Shown here one piece after another: positions 9,030-17,092 of a stretch of 64,000 bases of DNA (positions within the stretch are counted from its first letter, which is position 1; the number at the start of each line of letters is the position of its first letter). Source of the stretch: a virus. Below the pieces are notes generated by a model that saw only the letters and a list, made by a program, of their open reading frames with translations, did no database searches and was not told the origin of the DNA. The position numbers were made by a program, and so were the translations under genes. The stretch is taken from the IMG/VR virus record IMGVR_UViG_3300031965_000003, positions 5,350-69,349 of that record, one strand, 5' to 3'.

Positions 9030-9451
9030 TTGCCAGCTTTCACGCCGACTAGAAATTTTCTCAAATCCGCCAACACCCTACCAGCCTCTTCCGGCGACGG
9101 TCGCAACTCATCGATCCTCAACTGTTGAGATCGGCTATTCGCGATGTTTTCCAGTAGTTCCGCCACGGTCGGGAAAAACTTCGATCGCTCAATGGATAGG
9201 TCTACAGCCGCCATGATCTTACTGGCTTCGTATTTACAAAGCCGCTCGTAGTAGACGGCCACGGTTTGAGTTGACAAATCCATGCGAGGATAAGCTGCGC
9301 ACAGTTTTGCCCACGCCTTTGCAAAACCCTCATCGTTTTGCTTTGTAGGCCATGAAGTCCCTGAGACCTGCAAATCCCGCAGGTTCCGATTTTCTTTTTT
9401 GGTTGACACCAATCGCTCCGTTCTTAACTTCAAATAGACCGGCCCACCCAT
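9026..9451 (-). CDS. Putative replicative helicase loader/inhibitor
   Basis: ...AAVDLSIERSKFFPTVAELLE motif; directly follows the replication initiator; start probably near 9408. Confidence 0.65.
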   Translation of the reverse strand: MGGPVYLKLRTERLVSTKKENRNLRDLQVSGTSWPTKQNDEGFAKAWAKLCAAYPRMDLSTQTVAVYYERLCKYEASKIMAAVDLSIERSKFFPTVAELLENIANSRSQQLRIDELRPSPEEAGRVLADLRKFLVGVKAGK

Positions 9452-10097
9452 TTATGATGGACTGCCTAATAATATCGTTAGGATCTTGACCGGCGCCGGC
9501 CCACTCACCTAGCCGTTTGAGAGCTAATTTTTCGGCAAGAATAGTCAAGTGATATTTCTTAGGCATCCTCGCACGGTGATCCTTAAAATCATTCCATAAT
9601 TCCTGGTCAAGCCATTCTGGAAGAATTTCGGTTCCCTCTTCTCCCAAACCCTCTTCTCCTTCTTTCTGAGAAGAAGATAAGATAAGATTACCTTGGTTCG
9701 GTGATCCTTTTTGCTTCCTTGAGGAAGTTCGTTTTCCGTAATGCTTACCGTGCTTTAACCATACTGTCTTTAGGTAGTCTCTGTCCGTGTTGTGATACTT
9801 GCGCGCCAAATAATTACCCGCGTAGTTGAGCCAGTCGTGTAAGAGTTTGCCGTCTAACCAGTGATGCGTTTGGAGCAAGGAGACATACTGAGAAGCATCC
9901 GCCGAATAGCTAGAAGACTCGGCAATCAACTCATCCGACCAGGATGAAAGATCACCGTCTTCTTGCTGTTCTAAAGCAGCGTGCCAGAGTGCGTGAAGAT
10001 GCCCCATGACATAAACTGGTTTCAGGCGAAGGTCTTTCGCTAACTCAATCAACTTTCTATGCCTCAACAAAATCGTGTGAGATTCGATCCAGGCCAA
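9330..10097 (-). CDS. Phage replication initiator (replisome organizer-like)
   Basis: N-terminus MAWIESHTILLRHRKLIELAKDL; C-terminus WNDFKDHR...IRQSIINGWAGLF typical of phage O-like initiators. Confidence 0.75.
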   Translation of the reverse strand: MAWIESHTILLRHRKLIELAKDLRLKPVYVMGHLHALWHAALEQQEDGDLSSWSDELIAESSSYSADASQYVSLLQTHHWLDGKLLHDWLNYAGNYLARKYHNTDRDYLKTVWLKHGKHYGKRTSSRKQKGSPNQGNLILSSSQKEGEEGLGEEGTEILPEWLDQELWNDFKDHRARMPKKYHLTILAEKLALKRLGEWAGAGQDPNDIIRQSIINGWAGLFEVKNGAIGVNQKRKSEPAGFAGLRDFMAYKAKR

Positions 10098-10102
10098 AGG
10101 TA

Positions 10103-10342
10103 CTACCCCTCTTCCCCCTCTTTAATTCTCGCCCTCAACGCCTTGATCTCGTCCCAGAGTTCAGTCAGCCGCTCGTTATAGTCGGCATCCGCCGCCTTCT
10201 TATCGTCTTCGATGCGGATGAATTCACCAACCAGGGTTGAGAGCTTTTCCTTGTTGTCGGACATTTCCTCGGGACTCGGCGGGAAAAGAGTTGGCGTCTG
10301 CGCATTTTTCATCGGCACCTCGATTAGTTTTTTTATGGGCAT
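10103..10342 (-). CDS. Hypothetical protein
   Basis: Helical ORF in operon. Confidence 0.55.
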   Translation of the reverse strand: MPIKKLIEVPMKNAQTPTLFPPSPEEMSDNKEKLSTLVGEFIRIEDDKKAADADYNERLTELWDEIKALRARIKEGEEG

Positions 10343-10361
10343 CGGATTAACACCCTAAACT

Positions 10362-10661
10362 TTAACTGCTGACCGGGGCGCTACTCCCGGCTCGCCTTAT
10401 AGCCTGGCCGTTTGGCGTTTGTTCTCCGCTTTCGGGATATGCCTCACCGGCAGGATGGGCTAAAAGATCGCGAGACCATGAAAAAGGATTTCTCCTCGAT
10501 CGCTGGAACTCGGTCCATTTCTTTTGACCAGCAGTGAGCGTGTAGGTTCCGGCACCAGGCACGTTGCCCCAAGCTTTCGCCCGACGGTGCTTCTTGACCC
10601 GTGCCCTCTCACGCTTTCCCGGCCGTTGAGCCGCGCGACGTTTATCGCTCGGTCTGCCCAT
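10362..10661 (-). CDS. Arginine-rich small protein (possible RNA-binding)
   Basis: N-terminus GRPSDKRRAAQRPGKRERARVKKHRRAK. Confidence 0.45.
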   Translation of the reverse strand: MGRPSDKRRAAQRPGKRERARVKKHRRAKAWGNVPGAGTYTLTAGQKKWTEFQRSRRNPFSWSRDLLAHPAGEAYPESGEQTPNGQAIRRAGSSAPVSS

Positions 10662-10684
10662 CTTCGGTTATGCTCCCTACTCGT

Positions 10685-10927
10685 CTAGGCCCCTAGCTTC
10701 CGGGGTCCAGCAGCTTTTTCCCTGAGTGCATTCTGCGCCAACGGATCGCTTGACTCCTCCTCCTCAAAATACCCGGCCACTATCTCGATGGCCCAGTCCA
10801 GCGCCGATCTTTCCTCTTCATCGTAGTTCGCTTCCTTGCCCTGGGCTCTGCGCACATTGACACGCTCAGCCAACCAGTCGCGCCGGCGTATCAAGCGGTC
10901 CAGTCTTTCGCGGTCAGTGGAGGTCAT
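10685..10927 (-). CDS. Hypothetical protein
   Basis: 80-aa ORF in operon. Confidence 0.6.
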   Translation of the reverse strand: MTSTDRERLDRLIRRRDWLAERVNVRRAQGKEANYDEEERSALDWAIEIVAGYFEEEESSDPLAQNALREKAAGPRKLGA

Positions 10928-10943
10928 GATTAAATCCGTCTAT

Positions 10944-11876
10944 CTATGCGGCCTTCGCGATCTCAGTCTCGCGCTTCTGCTTCACTTCGATGATCTTACT
11001 CTTTTCCTTGTGTGCCAGAGCATTGATCGCAGCATTGTTCGACTTGAAGAGTCGGTCAATTTCTTGTTGCGTCGTTGCTTCCTGAATCATTCTGATAAAT
11101 TCAGAAATATTGTTTTGCTGTTCACCTTCGGTTGCCTGTTGTCCGTCATCCGATTCAACCTTGAAATCGCCCTCAATAACCGGCTCCGGCAGCATGAATC
11201 GCTCCTGGCGGTCGATAATTCGGTTGGTATCGCTTCGGATCTGGTTGACCTCAGCAACAGTGGCAATCGGGTACAGCCGCACCGGCCAGTGTGTCATTAT
11301 CTTGCCGGTGCTGGGATCGGGAATCTTCCGCTCCTCGCGGCTCATCATCATTGGCACCCATGAGATTCGGCCAAACAAATACTTGGCCATCTCGATGCCG
11401 CTCCTGAGATCGATGTCGGTATTAATCGAGCCAGATGATAATTGATAAACCCCACCCATGTTGATATCCGGCAGCACAAGCATGATGTCGATGCGGGCGC
11501 TGCACTTGAATTGCTTCGCGAACTCGCAGAACTCCGGCGACGGGCACTCGATCTGCGTGATCTGTCCCTTATCGTCGCGACGCTCCGCTATCTCCCCATT
11601 ACCTTGGCACTTCAGCCGCTGATTGCCGCCATAGACCGCATAGTACTGGCGCAGAAACATTTCTTCGTTCTCCACGGCGATCATCACCGGCAATGCCTTT
11701 GGCCGATCACCGAACATTTTCTTCACCTCGTCGGGAACGACGAAATAGTCGGTCTCAGCTGGATACTCCTTGCCGTTGCTCGCGGTCTTTTTGATGCCAA
11801 GTCTAATCTTACCCAGCCGTGGTAGCCGGATTACGTTCTGCGGTTTGTTCTCGCCCTTGATCCTTGTGAAATTCAT
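10944..11876 (-). CDS. phiC31 gp3-like recombination directionality factor family / recombination protein
   Basis: IRLPRLGKIRLG N-terminal signature, ETDYFVVP, QRLKCQGNGE, GGVYQLSSGS. Confidence 0.75.
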   Translation of the reverse strand: MNFTRIKGENKPQNVIRLPRLGKIRLGIKKTASNGKEYPAETDYFVVPDEVKKMFGDRPKALPVMIAVENEEMFLRQYYAVYGGNQRLKCQGNGEIAERRDDKGQITQIECPSPEFCEFAKQFKCSARIDIMLVLPDINMGGVYQLSSGSINTDIDLRSGIEMAKYLFGRISWVPMMMSREERKIPDPSTGKIMTHWPVRLYPIATVAEVNQIRSDTNRIIDRQERFMLPEPVIEGDFKVESDDGQQATEGEQQNNISEFIRMIQEATTQQEIDRLFKSNNAAINALAHKEKSKIIEVKQKRETEIAKAA

Positions 11877-13215
11877 TTTTAACCTCGTCTCCCGTTACGC
11901 CATTGTTTACTGCTGCAACTTCGCCATTTTCAATATAAACGCCGACCTTACCGCTCTCGTCGACCACTTCCATCCAGACCTGATAGTCTCTGTCTTGCGC
12001 CATCTCCTCGATGATCCGCATCGACTCGGAATCGAGCAGTGAGCCGTCAGTAATTCTTAGGACGTGTAATTTGGGATTGAGTGACATGGCCATCGCCATG
12101 CTAACCCTGAGTTGCTCGGCGCCGGAGGCTTGGGAGAGAGGCAAACCGTCGTAGGTCACCGCACCATTGCCAAAGCCTAGGGCATCCAACGGGAATTGCG
12201 CCGAGCTGATCAGTTCGGCCTTTTGCTGATCAATGCTGTCGATCGCCTTGGTGAGTTGATCAACCTTGGCATCGGTCGTCGCCAGTTCGGCCTTAAGACG
12301 CTTCATTTCCTTGACAGCGCGCTCGACCTCTGCTGACTTCCTCTCGAATTCGGCCAGCCGCTGCCGGATCAACTTGTTTTTCTTGCCAGCCTCTCTGATC
12401 TCGGCCTGTATGCCCGTGATGTCTGGAACCGTGATGGCGTCACGGTCGGTTGCAAGTGCATTGCGGATCTGTCGGACCTCGGAGAGTTGCACTTGCTTTT
12501 GGTCACGCTGCGCGGTCAACTTTATGATTTGGTCGTTTAGATTGTCGATGTCCCGAGTCAGCTCTCCGCCTCTGCGTTCGGCGTCGTCGGTCTTCATTTT
12601 GAAGCCATCCCGCTTCTGTTGCAGCGCCATGGCCTCATTGACTTTCTCCACCAAGTCGGCGACATCCGTTTCCTTTTCATCAACCAATGGCGGCAGCAAA
12701 GGCACGACGACAGAGGTCTCCTGTGCTTCGAGCCGCTTGGCGTCACGATTGATCTGGGTCCGCTCTTCGTAGAGCGCCTGTCTCTGCTGATCGAGCTTTG
12801 TCGTATCAATGCCGGTGAGCGCGCGCAGGGTATCGAATTGCTTTCGCTGATCCATCTGCATGAACTCCAAAGGATCGAAACTGAGTCGACCGATCAAACC
12901 GTCGAGCATGGTCTGCGGCGATTTGAAACGGAGACCGTCCTTGTTTTCGATCACCAGTGCGGTAGAACTCTCATTGAAACTGCGCTTGACGATGATGTCG
13001 CCGAGGTCGAGTTCTACGGCGGCTTTCTTCTGACCGCTGCGGATCGGTTTTTCCGGGATATTTTGTTGACCTCCCAACGCCCAGTAGATCGCATCCAGTA
13101 CGGAGGTTTTGCCGGCACTGTTCTTGCCGGTTATCTTGACGATATTACCGTTGGGAACGATTTCGACGGCGACGAGCTTTTTGATGTTCTCGGCGCGAAA
13201 TTTTATGATCCTCAT
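11809..13215 (-). CDS. SMC/Rad50-like AAA ATPase with coiled coil
   Basis: Walker A GKNSAGKTS, long coiled coil, signature ASGAEQL, ITDGSLLD. Confidence 0.9.
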   Translation of the reverse strand: MRIIKFRAENIKKLVAVEIVPNGNIVKITGKNSAGKTSVLDAIYWALGGQQNIPEKPIRSGQKKAAVELDLGDIIVKRSFNESSTALVIENKDGLRFKSPQTMLDGLIGRLSFDPLEFMQMDQRKQFDTLRALTGIDTTKLDQQRQALYEERTQINRDAKRLEAQETSVVVPLLPPLVDEKETDVADLVEKVNEAMALQQKRDGFKMKTDDAERRGGELTRDIDNLNDQIIKLTAQRDQKQVQLSEVRQIRNALATDRDAITVPDITGIQAEIREAGKKNKLIRQRLAEFERKSAEVERAVKEMKRLKAELATTDAKVDQLTKAIDSIDQQKAELISSAQFPLDALGFGNGAVTYDGLPLSQASGAEQLRVSMAMAMSLNPKLHVLRITDGSLLDSESMRIIEEMAQDRDYQVWMEVVDESGKVGVYIENGEVAAVNNGVTGDEVKNEFHKDQGREQTAERNPATTAG

Positions 13216-14195
13216 GACTTCGATCCTTTCTTGGCCATTGATTTCACGTTGAATCGCTCAGATGGTACTTTTTCGATTGCGTCTGGCGGCACCAGTTCCT
13301 CGATATACTTTTTTCGCTCACTGATGCTGATACTAATAAGATATTCCCCGGCACGCCCCGACTGCGCGTTAGCTTCCTTGAGTGCGGCTTTTAGCTGCCC
13401 TTTAAGTACATCTCGCTCCTTGCCGATTTCCGTTTCCTGCGCGCCCAACTCCTTGTAGTAGCGTGCCGTGGTTTCGAGTTCTTCGGCTAGCGCAACGTTC
13501 TCGGATAACGCCTTGACTTCCGCGACATAATTGCTCCAGCAGTGTTCCTGCCAGCGGCAATATCCGCAGTGCCAGTCGTCGAAATCATAAGGCCGCGGCG
13601 GTATCTCTCCGTCAGCCGCCATGCGCTCGACATTTTCAAACATGGCGATATCGGCGAGGGCCTGAGCCTCGTCGTACCGAATCGTAAACTCCTTCATCGT
13701 CGCCGTGTTCTTGTTCTTGTACAGAATTATGCCTTCGACGATGGGAAGCCCGGCTTTAGCCAAACCGTGTAGATAAAGATTTGCTTGCCGACGATGGTCG
13801 TCTAGAGGTTCGTCTTTGAGTCGCTCGAAACCGAAATGATTGATCGATTTGATTTCCAGTAGTCGGGTATATTCGAAGGGATCCGTGACTAAGCCGTCAA
13901 TCTCGCCGTCAAGTTTCTTGTCGCCGATCATGGCGATGAAGATGCGCTGCTTTGCGCCCTTGAGTTCGTCTAAACGAAATACCGTTTTGCGGATATGATC
14001 CTTGATCAATTTCTCATGAGTATTGCCATCCTCAAAGACAAGTAACGTTCGGCCAGGGAAACGATCAGGTTCAACCGCCGTGGCATGGTAGACCAAGGCA
14101 CGGACACATTTTCCGACGCTGCTAGGCCGTGGAAAATACGGACCTTGCTCTTCCTGATTATCGGCTGCATTGCGCGTGATTAGTTCAACCAACAT
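13212..14195 (-). CDS. Cas4-like PD-(D/E)xK exonuclease (phage recombination type)
   Basis: RPSSVGKC, GNTHE, DGEIDG, LLEIKS, RQANLY, DDWHCGYCRWQEHC; start moved to ATG 14195. Confidence 0.85.
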   Translation of the reverse strand: MLVELITRNAADNQEEQGPYFPRPSSVGKCVRALVYHATAVEPDRFPGRTLLVFEDGNTHEKLIKDHIRKTVFRLDELKGAKQRIFIAMIGDKKLDGEIDGLVTDPFEYTRLLEIKSINHFGFERLKDEPLDDHRRQANLYLHGLAKAGLPIVEGIILYKNKNTATMKEFTIRYDEAQALADIAMFENVERMAADGEIPPRPYDFDDWHCGYCRWQEHCWSNYVAEVKALSENVALAEELETTARYYKELGAQETEIGKERDVLKGQLKAALKEANAQSGRAGEYLISISISERKKYIEELVPPDAIEKVPSERFNVKSMAKKGSKS

Positions 14196-14631
14196 TGCGC
14201 AGATCCTTTTCCTTGTGCGGGCAAGGTAGTCCATCTTTTGTCGAACAGTTGCAGTTCCAACACAAAATAGTGAATTCGTCTTTCGGCCAACCTAATTTGG
14301 CAAGTGTCATGAGAAGACTAGTCGTGCTCTTTGTGTGCTCACGTCTCCATCTATGACCGCCGCCGTTTTTATGTTCCAAAGTAAGAAATCGCGGCTCAGT
14401 TTCACCGCAACAATTACAGCGACTTCCATACGCATGAATCATCTCCTCACGCAGTTGTCGGCTCCTACGTTGCCACCAAATTGACACTTTTTTTGAGCAG
14501 GATTTGCATCGGCTGTGCTTACCTGGAGACAGTGCGGGATTCTTTCCGCAGGCCCAACACAGTCCGTCCGCCTTCTTTTTGTCTTGCCATTTGATTCGAT
14601 CGGATGGTTTGGTTTTATAGCCTTTTGGCAT
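14185..14631 (-). CDS. Free-standing HNH homing endonuclease
   Basis: YGSRCNCCGETEPRFLTLEHKNGGG...ILCWNCN, with an N-terminal CxxC...CxxC zinc finger. Confidence 0.8.
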   Translation of the reverse strand: MPKGYKTKPSDRIKWQDKKKADGLCWACGKNPALSPGKHSRCKSCSKKVSIWWQRRSRQLREEMIHAYGSRCNCCGETEPRFLTLEHKNGGGHRWRREHTKSTTSLLMTLAKLGWPKDEFTILCWNCNCSTKDGLPCPHKEKDLRNVG

Positions 14632-14684
14632 CAGCCCTCCGTCTGCGATTGCCCGGCATTTTTCGTAATCAATTCGACGAGCAT
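14631..14684 (-). pseudogene. Orphan 17-codon duplicate of the exonuclease N-terminus
   Basis: MLVELITKNAGQSQTEG* versus exonuclease MLVELITRNAADNQEEQG; its TGA overlaps the HNH ATG. Confidence 0.75.
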
Positions 14685-14714
14685 TCCCTTGCCCTTTCCG
14701 TTAAGTTGAGCCCG

Positions 14715-14894
14715 TTAATCTTTGCCTGTCTTCTTTTCAGTCGACGATAATTCGTGAAATAAACCTTCATCCTGACAATAGTCGCACTGAGACACGCCGT
14801 CACATTCGCCGTCCAAATGCTTCTGCTTACGAGCCTCTTCGATTAGGTCCTGTTCCCACTCGTGCCGGCAATTGTAGCGGTCAGGTATATGCAT
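14715..14894 (-). CDS. Hypothetical acidic Cys/His protein (59 aa)
   Basis: Manual translation MHIPDRYNCRHEWEQDLIEEARKQKHLDGECDGVSQCDYCQDEGLFHELSSTEKKTGKD. Confidence 0.55.
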   Translation of the reverse strand: MHIPDRYNCRHEWEQDLIEEARKQKHLDGECDGVSQCDYCQDEGLFHELSSTEKKTGKD

Positions 14895-14902
14895 CGCTTA
14901 CT

Positions 14903-15106
14903 CTATTCAGTGCGCCAGTAGCACGGATGCTCACGATCCAACTCGATCAAATCTGCAACGCTTATCTGCACCGTGCCGGCATTCAGGCTTTCCTGACACA
15001 TAAAAAGCCCTTGCCAACAACTTGCTGTCAGGCATTTATCGCAGACGGTGATTAAATCATCGAGTCGATTTTTCATCTGAAATTTACGAAATTGTATGTT
15101 GCTCAT
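14903..15106 (-). CDS. Hypothetical Cys-rich protein
   Basis: ITVCDKCLTASCWQGLFMC; start trimmed to ATG 15106 (15076 also possible). Confidence 0.6.
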   Translation of the reverse strand: MSNIQFRKFQMKNRLDDLITVCDKCLTASCWQGLFMCQESLNAGTVQISVADLIELDREHPCYWRTE

Positions 15107-15109
15107 ATC

Positions 15110-15145
15110 GAGTGAACGCCGACCTGAAGAAAAAGGGATTAAGAC
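15110..15145 (+). CRISPR. Solitary CRISPR-like repeat unit A (type III-style repeat, not an array)
   Basis: GAGTGAACGCCGACCTGAAGAAAAAGGGATTAAGAC (36 nt); the GACCTGA..AA.AAGGGATTAAGAC core and ATTAAGAC 3' end match the type III repeat family pattern as recalled; near-identical copy at 23499-23533. Confidence 0.7.
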
Positions 15146-15151
15146 TTTCCT

Positions 15152-15197
15152 CTTTCGTTCGCATGTCGTAGCAGAGACCGACATTGTTGCGACTCAT
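15152..15197. repeat. 46-bp imperfect direct repeat, copy 1 (adjacent to CRISPR-like repeat A)
   Basis: 39/46 identical to 15504-15549; first 20 nt (CTTTCGTTCGCATGTCGTAG) identical. Confidence 0.9.
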
Positions 15198-15199
15198 AG

Positions 15200-15493
15200 T
15201 TAGCATCCCTCATCGTGATAGCCGTCTTGCACGACGATCGGATCTCCACCAGCGTTGATGCCCTTGCCCTTGGATTCGACGCGCATAAGAATTATCGCAG
15301 AGTCAATATCGGGAGCCGAAACGGTATGGCAACGACCCCACTTGTCAAAGAGAGAGAGTTTCAATGTTACCAAGCGATCACAGTTGCTATGTTTCCACAG
15401 TTCCACGCCGATACAATAAATAGGCGTGGCGTCAAGTTCGTCTATTAAGTCTCTCGCTTTAGCTTCTGCTTCTTTAAGATCGTAAATCATCAC
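15200..15493 (-). CDS. Hypothetical acidic protein flanked by the 46-bp repeats
   Basis: 97-aa ORF with GGGGAG RBS. Confidence 0.65.
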   Translation of the reverse strand: MMIYDLKEAEAKARDLIDELDATPIYCIGVELWKHSNCDRLVTLKLSLFDKWGRCHTVSAPDIDSAIILMRVESKGKGINAGGDPIVVQDGYHDEGC

Positions 15494-15503
15494 GCTCTCC
15501 CCA

Positions 15504-15549
15504 CTTTCGTTCGCATGTCGTAGGGGAGACCCAAATTGTCGCGCTTCAT
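15504..15549. repeat. 46-bp imperfect direct repeat, copy 2
   Basis: See copy 1; sits just upstream of the RBS of 15200-15493. Confidence 0.9.
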
Positions 15550-15550
15550 A

Positions 15551-16528
15551 TCAGATAGCTTTCCCGCAGATATCGACTTCCCATATCGCGGCGCAGACCC
15601 CAGCAGCTTTAATCTTTTCTGGATACTTCGCGTTTTTGTGAACTTTGATCTGCGAGACTTTTAACGGACAGGCCATGAAATGTTTTGCCGCCGAATTAAA
15701 TTTCAGCGTGTGAATGGGTGACGGCGAGAAATGCAAACCGCCACCACACTCTGCTTCGCCGCCGTCCCAGTCTGCCGCTTGTGGTTTACCGCCCGACGTG
15801 TAAAAAATTCCGCGAATGCGGGCGTTGTCGGTAGAAAAATCCTCGTCAACACCCTTAAAGAGCACCGCGACGCCCTTTTTAATATCAACGCCGTAAAAAT
15901 CGCACCACTCTTTGGCGGTAGCAATTTCTGGAATTCGAATCTGTACGCCGCCTTTGGCTTTTACTTTTTGGCCATGAATAGTGACGGCGTTAAAGTCGGA
16001 AGCCGTCACCTGCGCGGAGTCGGAAGCCGTCACCTGCGCGGAGCCGTAAGCCCTCACCTGCGCGGAGCCGGAAGCCCTCACCTGCGCGGAGCCGGAAGCC
16101 CTCACCTGCGCGGAGCGCAAAGCCGTCACCTGCGCGGAGTCGGAAGCCGTCACCTGCGCGGAGTCGGAAGCCGTCACCTGCGCGGAGCCGAAAGCCCTCA
16201 CCTGCGCGGAGCCGAAAGCCGTCACCTGCGCGGAGCGCAAAGCCGTCACCTGCGCGGAGCCGTAAGCCGTCACCTGCGCGGAGTCGGAAGCCGTCACCTG
16301 CGCGGAGTCGGAAGCCCTCACCTGCGCGGAGCCGTAAGCCCTCACCTGCGCGGAGCCGAAAGCCCTCACCTGCGCGGAGCCGGAAGCCCTCACCTGCGCG
16401 GAGTCGGAAGCCGTCACCTGCGCGGAGCCGTAAATTTGAAAACTTTCCGTTCCAGTGCATTCTGGATAATCGCCGGATTCCAGCGCAGCGGTGAGTTCAC
16501 TCTGCGTTTTTACCAAAACCGTTTTCAT
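15551..16528 (-). CDS. Octapeptide-repeat beta-solenoid protein with DUF7666-like C-terminal domain
   Basis: 18 x AQV(T/R)AxxS followed by FKGVD...ECGGGLHFSPSP...KIKA. Confidence 0.75.
   Translation of the reverse strand: MKTVLVKTQSELTAALESGDYPECTGTESFQIYGSAQVTASDSAQVRASGSAQVRAFGSAQVRAYGSAQVRASDSAQVTASDSAQVTAYGSAQVTALRSAQVTAFGSAQVRAFGSAQVTASDSAQVTASDSAQVTALRSAQVRASGSAQVRASGSAQVRAYGSAQVTASDSAQVTASDFNAVTIHGQKVKAKGGVQIRIPEIATAKEWCDFYGVDIKKGVAVLFKGVDEDFSTDNARIRGIFYTSGGKPQAADWDGGEAECGGGLHFSPSPIHTLKFNSAAKHFMACPLKVSQIKVHKNAKYPEKIKAAGVCAAIWEVDICGKAI
15992..16423. repeat. 18 x 24-bp tandem repeat
   Basis: Unit (minus strand) GCGCAGGTGA(C/G)GGCT...CTCC. Confidence 0.95.
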
Positions 16529-16537
16529 ATCAATTCT

Positions 16538-16741
16538 TTACGCCCTCCCCACCAGTGGCCGGATCGCCGGCAACTCCTCAAACGACTCAAAATCGCGAGC
16601 TAGCGCCTGACGGTTCAAAACGTCAATCTGACCGTCGAGTTGGCCTAATTTGTAGGCCCAGATGAGTTTGCTTTCCGGCGACAACTCGATAAGTCCCCGA
16701 TATTCGCTAATCAGTTCGTCGTAGGTTGTGATTTTGTTCAT
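16538..16741 (-). CDS. Hypothetical protein
   Basis: 67-aa ORF with GGGGG RBS. Confidence 0.6.
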   Translation of the reverse strand: MNKITTYDELISEYRGLIELSPESKLIWAYKLGQLDGQIDVLNRQALARDFESFEELPAIRPLVGRA

Positions 16742-16868
16742 AAAGACCCCCTTGCCTGTTTTGTTACAGCCCCATGCCGTGACGAACTTGACCCCTTCAC
16801 CCGGTGTACGCTAGGCAATATTATTCGACACAATTTTAACCCGCAGGGCGGGCAGAATATTCCGCGTT

Positions 16869-17090
16869 TCATCTATCACCCCCATCATGCGGGTTGTTCA
16901 GCGCCTCGTGATAGCAGTCCCAGTGCGCCCACGTTTGTTCTTTAGTGTAAAAGTCGTGGCCGTATTTGGTGCTGTCGTCAGTTGGCGCAATGGGTTTCTT
17001 GCAGAAGACGCAGTCGCCTTTACTAAATACCAGCGCCTGTTCAGGAAATTTCCGACTGCCATAATTTAGACGATCGCGATTGACTGCCAT
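16869..17090 (-). CDS. Hypothetical Zn-finger protein
   Basis: CVFCKKPI...HWDC. Confidence 0.6.
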   Translation of the reverse strand: MAVNRDRLNYGSRKFPEQALVFSKGDCVFCKKPIAPTDDSTKYGHDFYTKEQTWAHWDCYHEALNNPHDGGDR

Positions 17091-17092
17091 CT

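Noticed and set aside
13212-14195. Cas4-like nuclease as evidence of a CRISPR adaptation module
   Set aside because: No cas1/cas2 is present, and it sits in an ordinary phage recombination cluster.
15731-16603. Long alternative-frame ORFs 15731-16603 (+) and 15990-16460 (-)
   Set aside because: These are by-products of a stop-free 24-bp tandem repeat; only 15551-16528 has sensible flanking domains.
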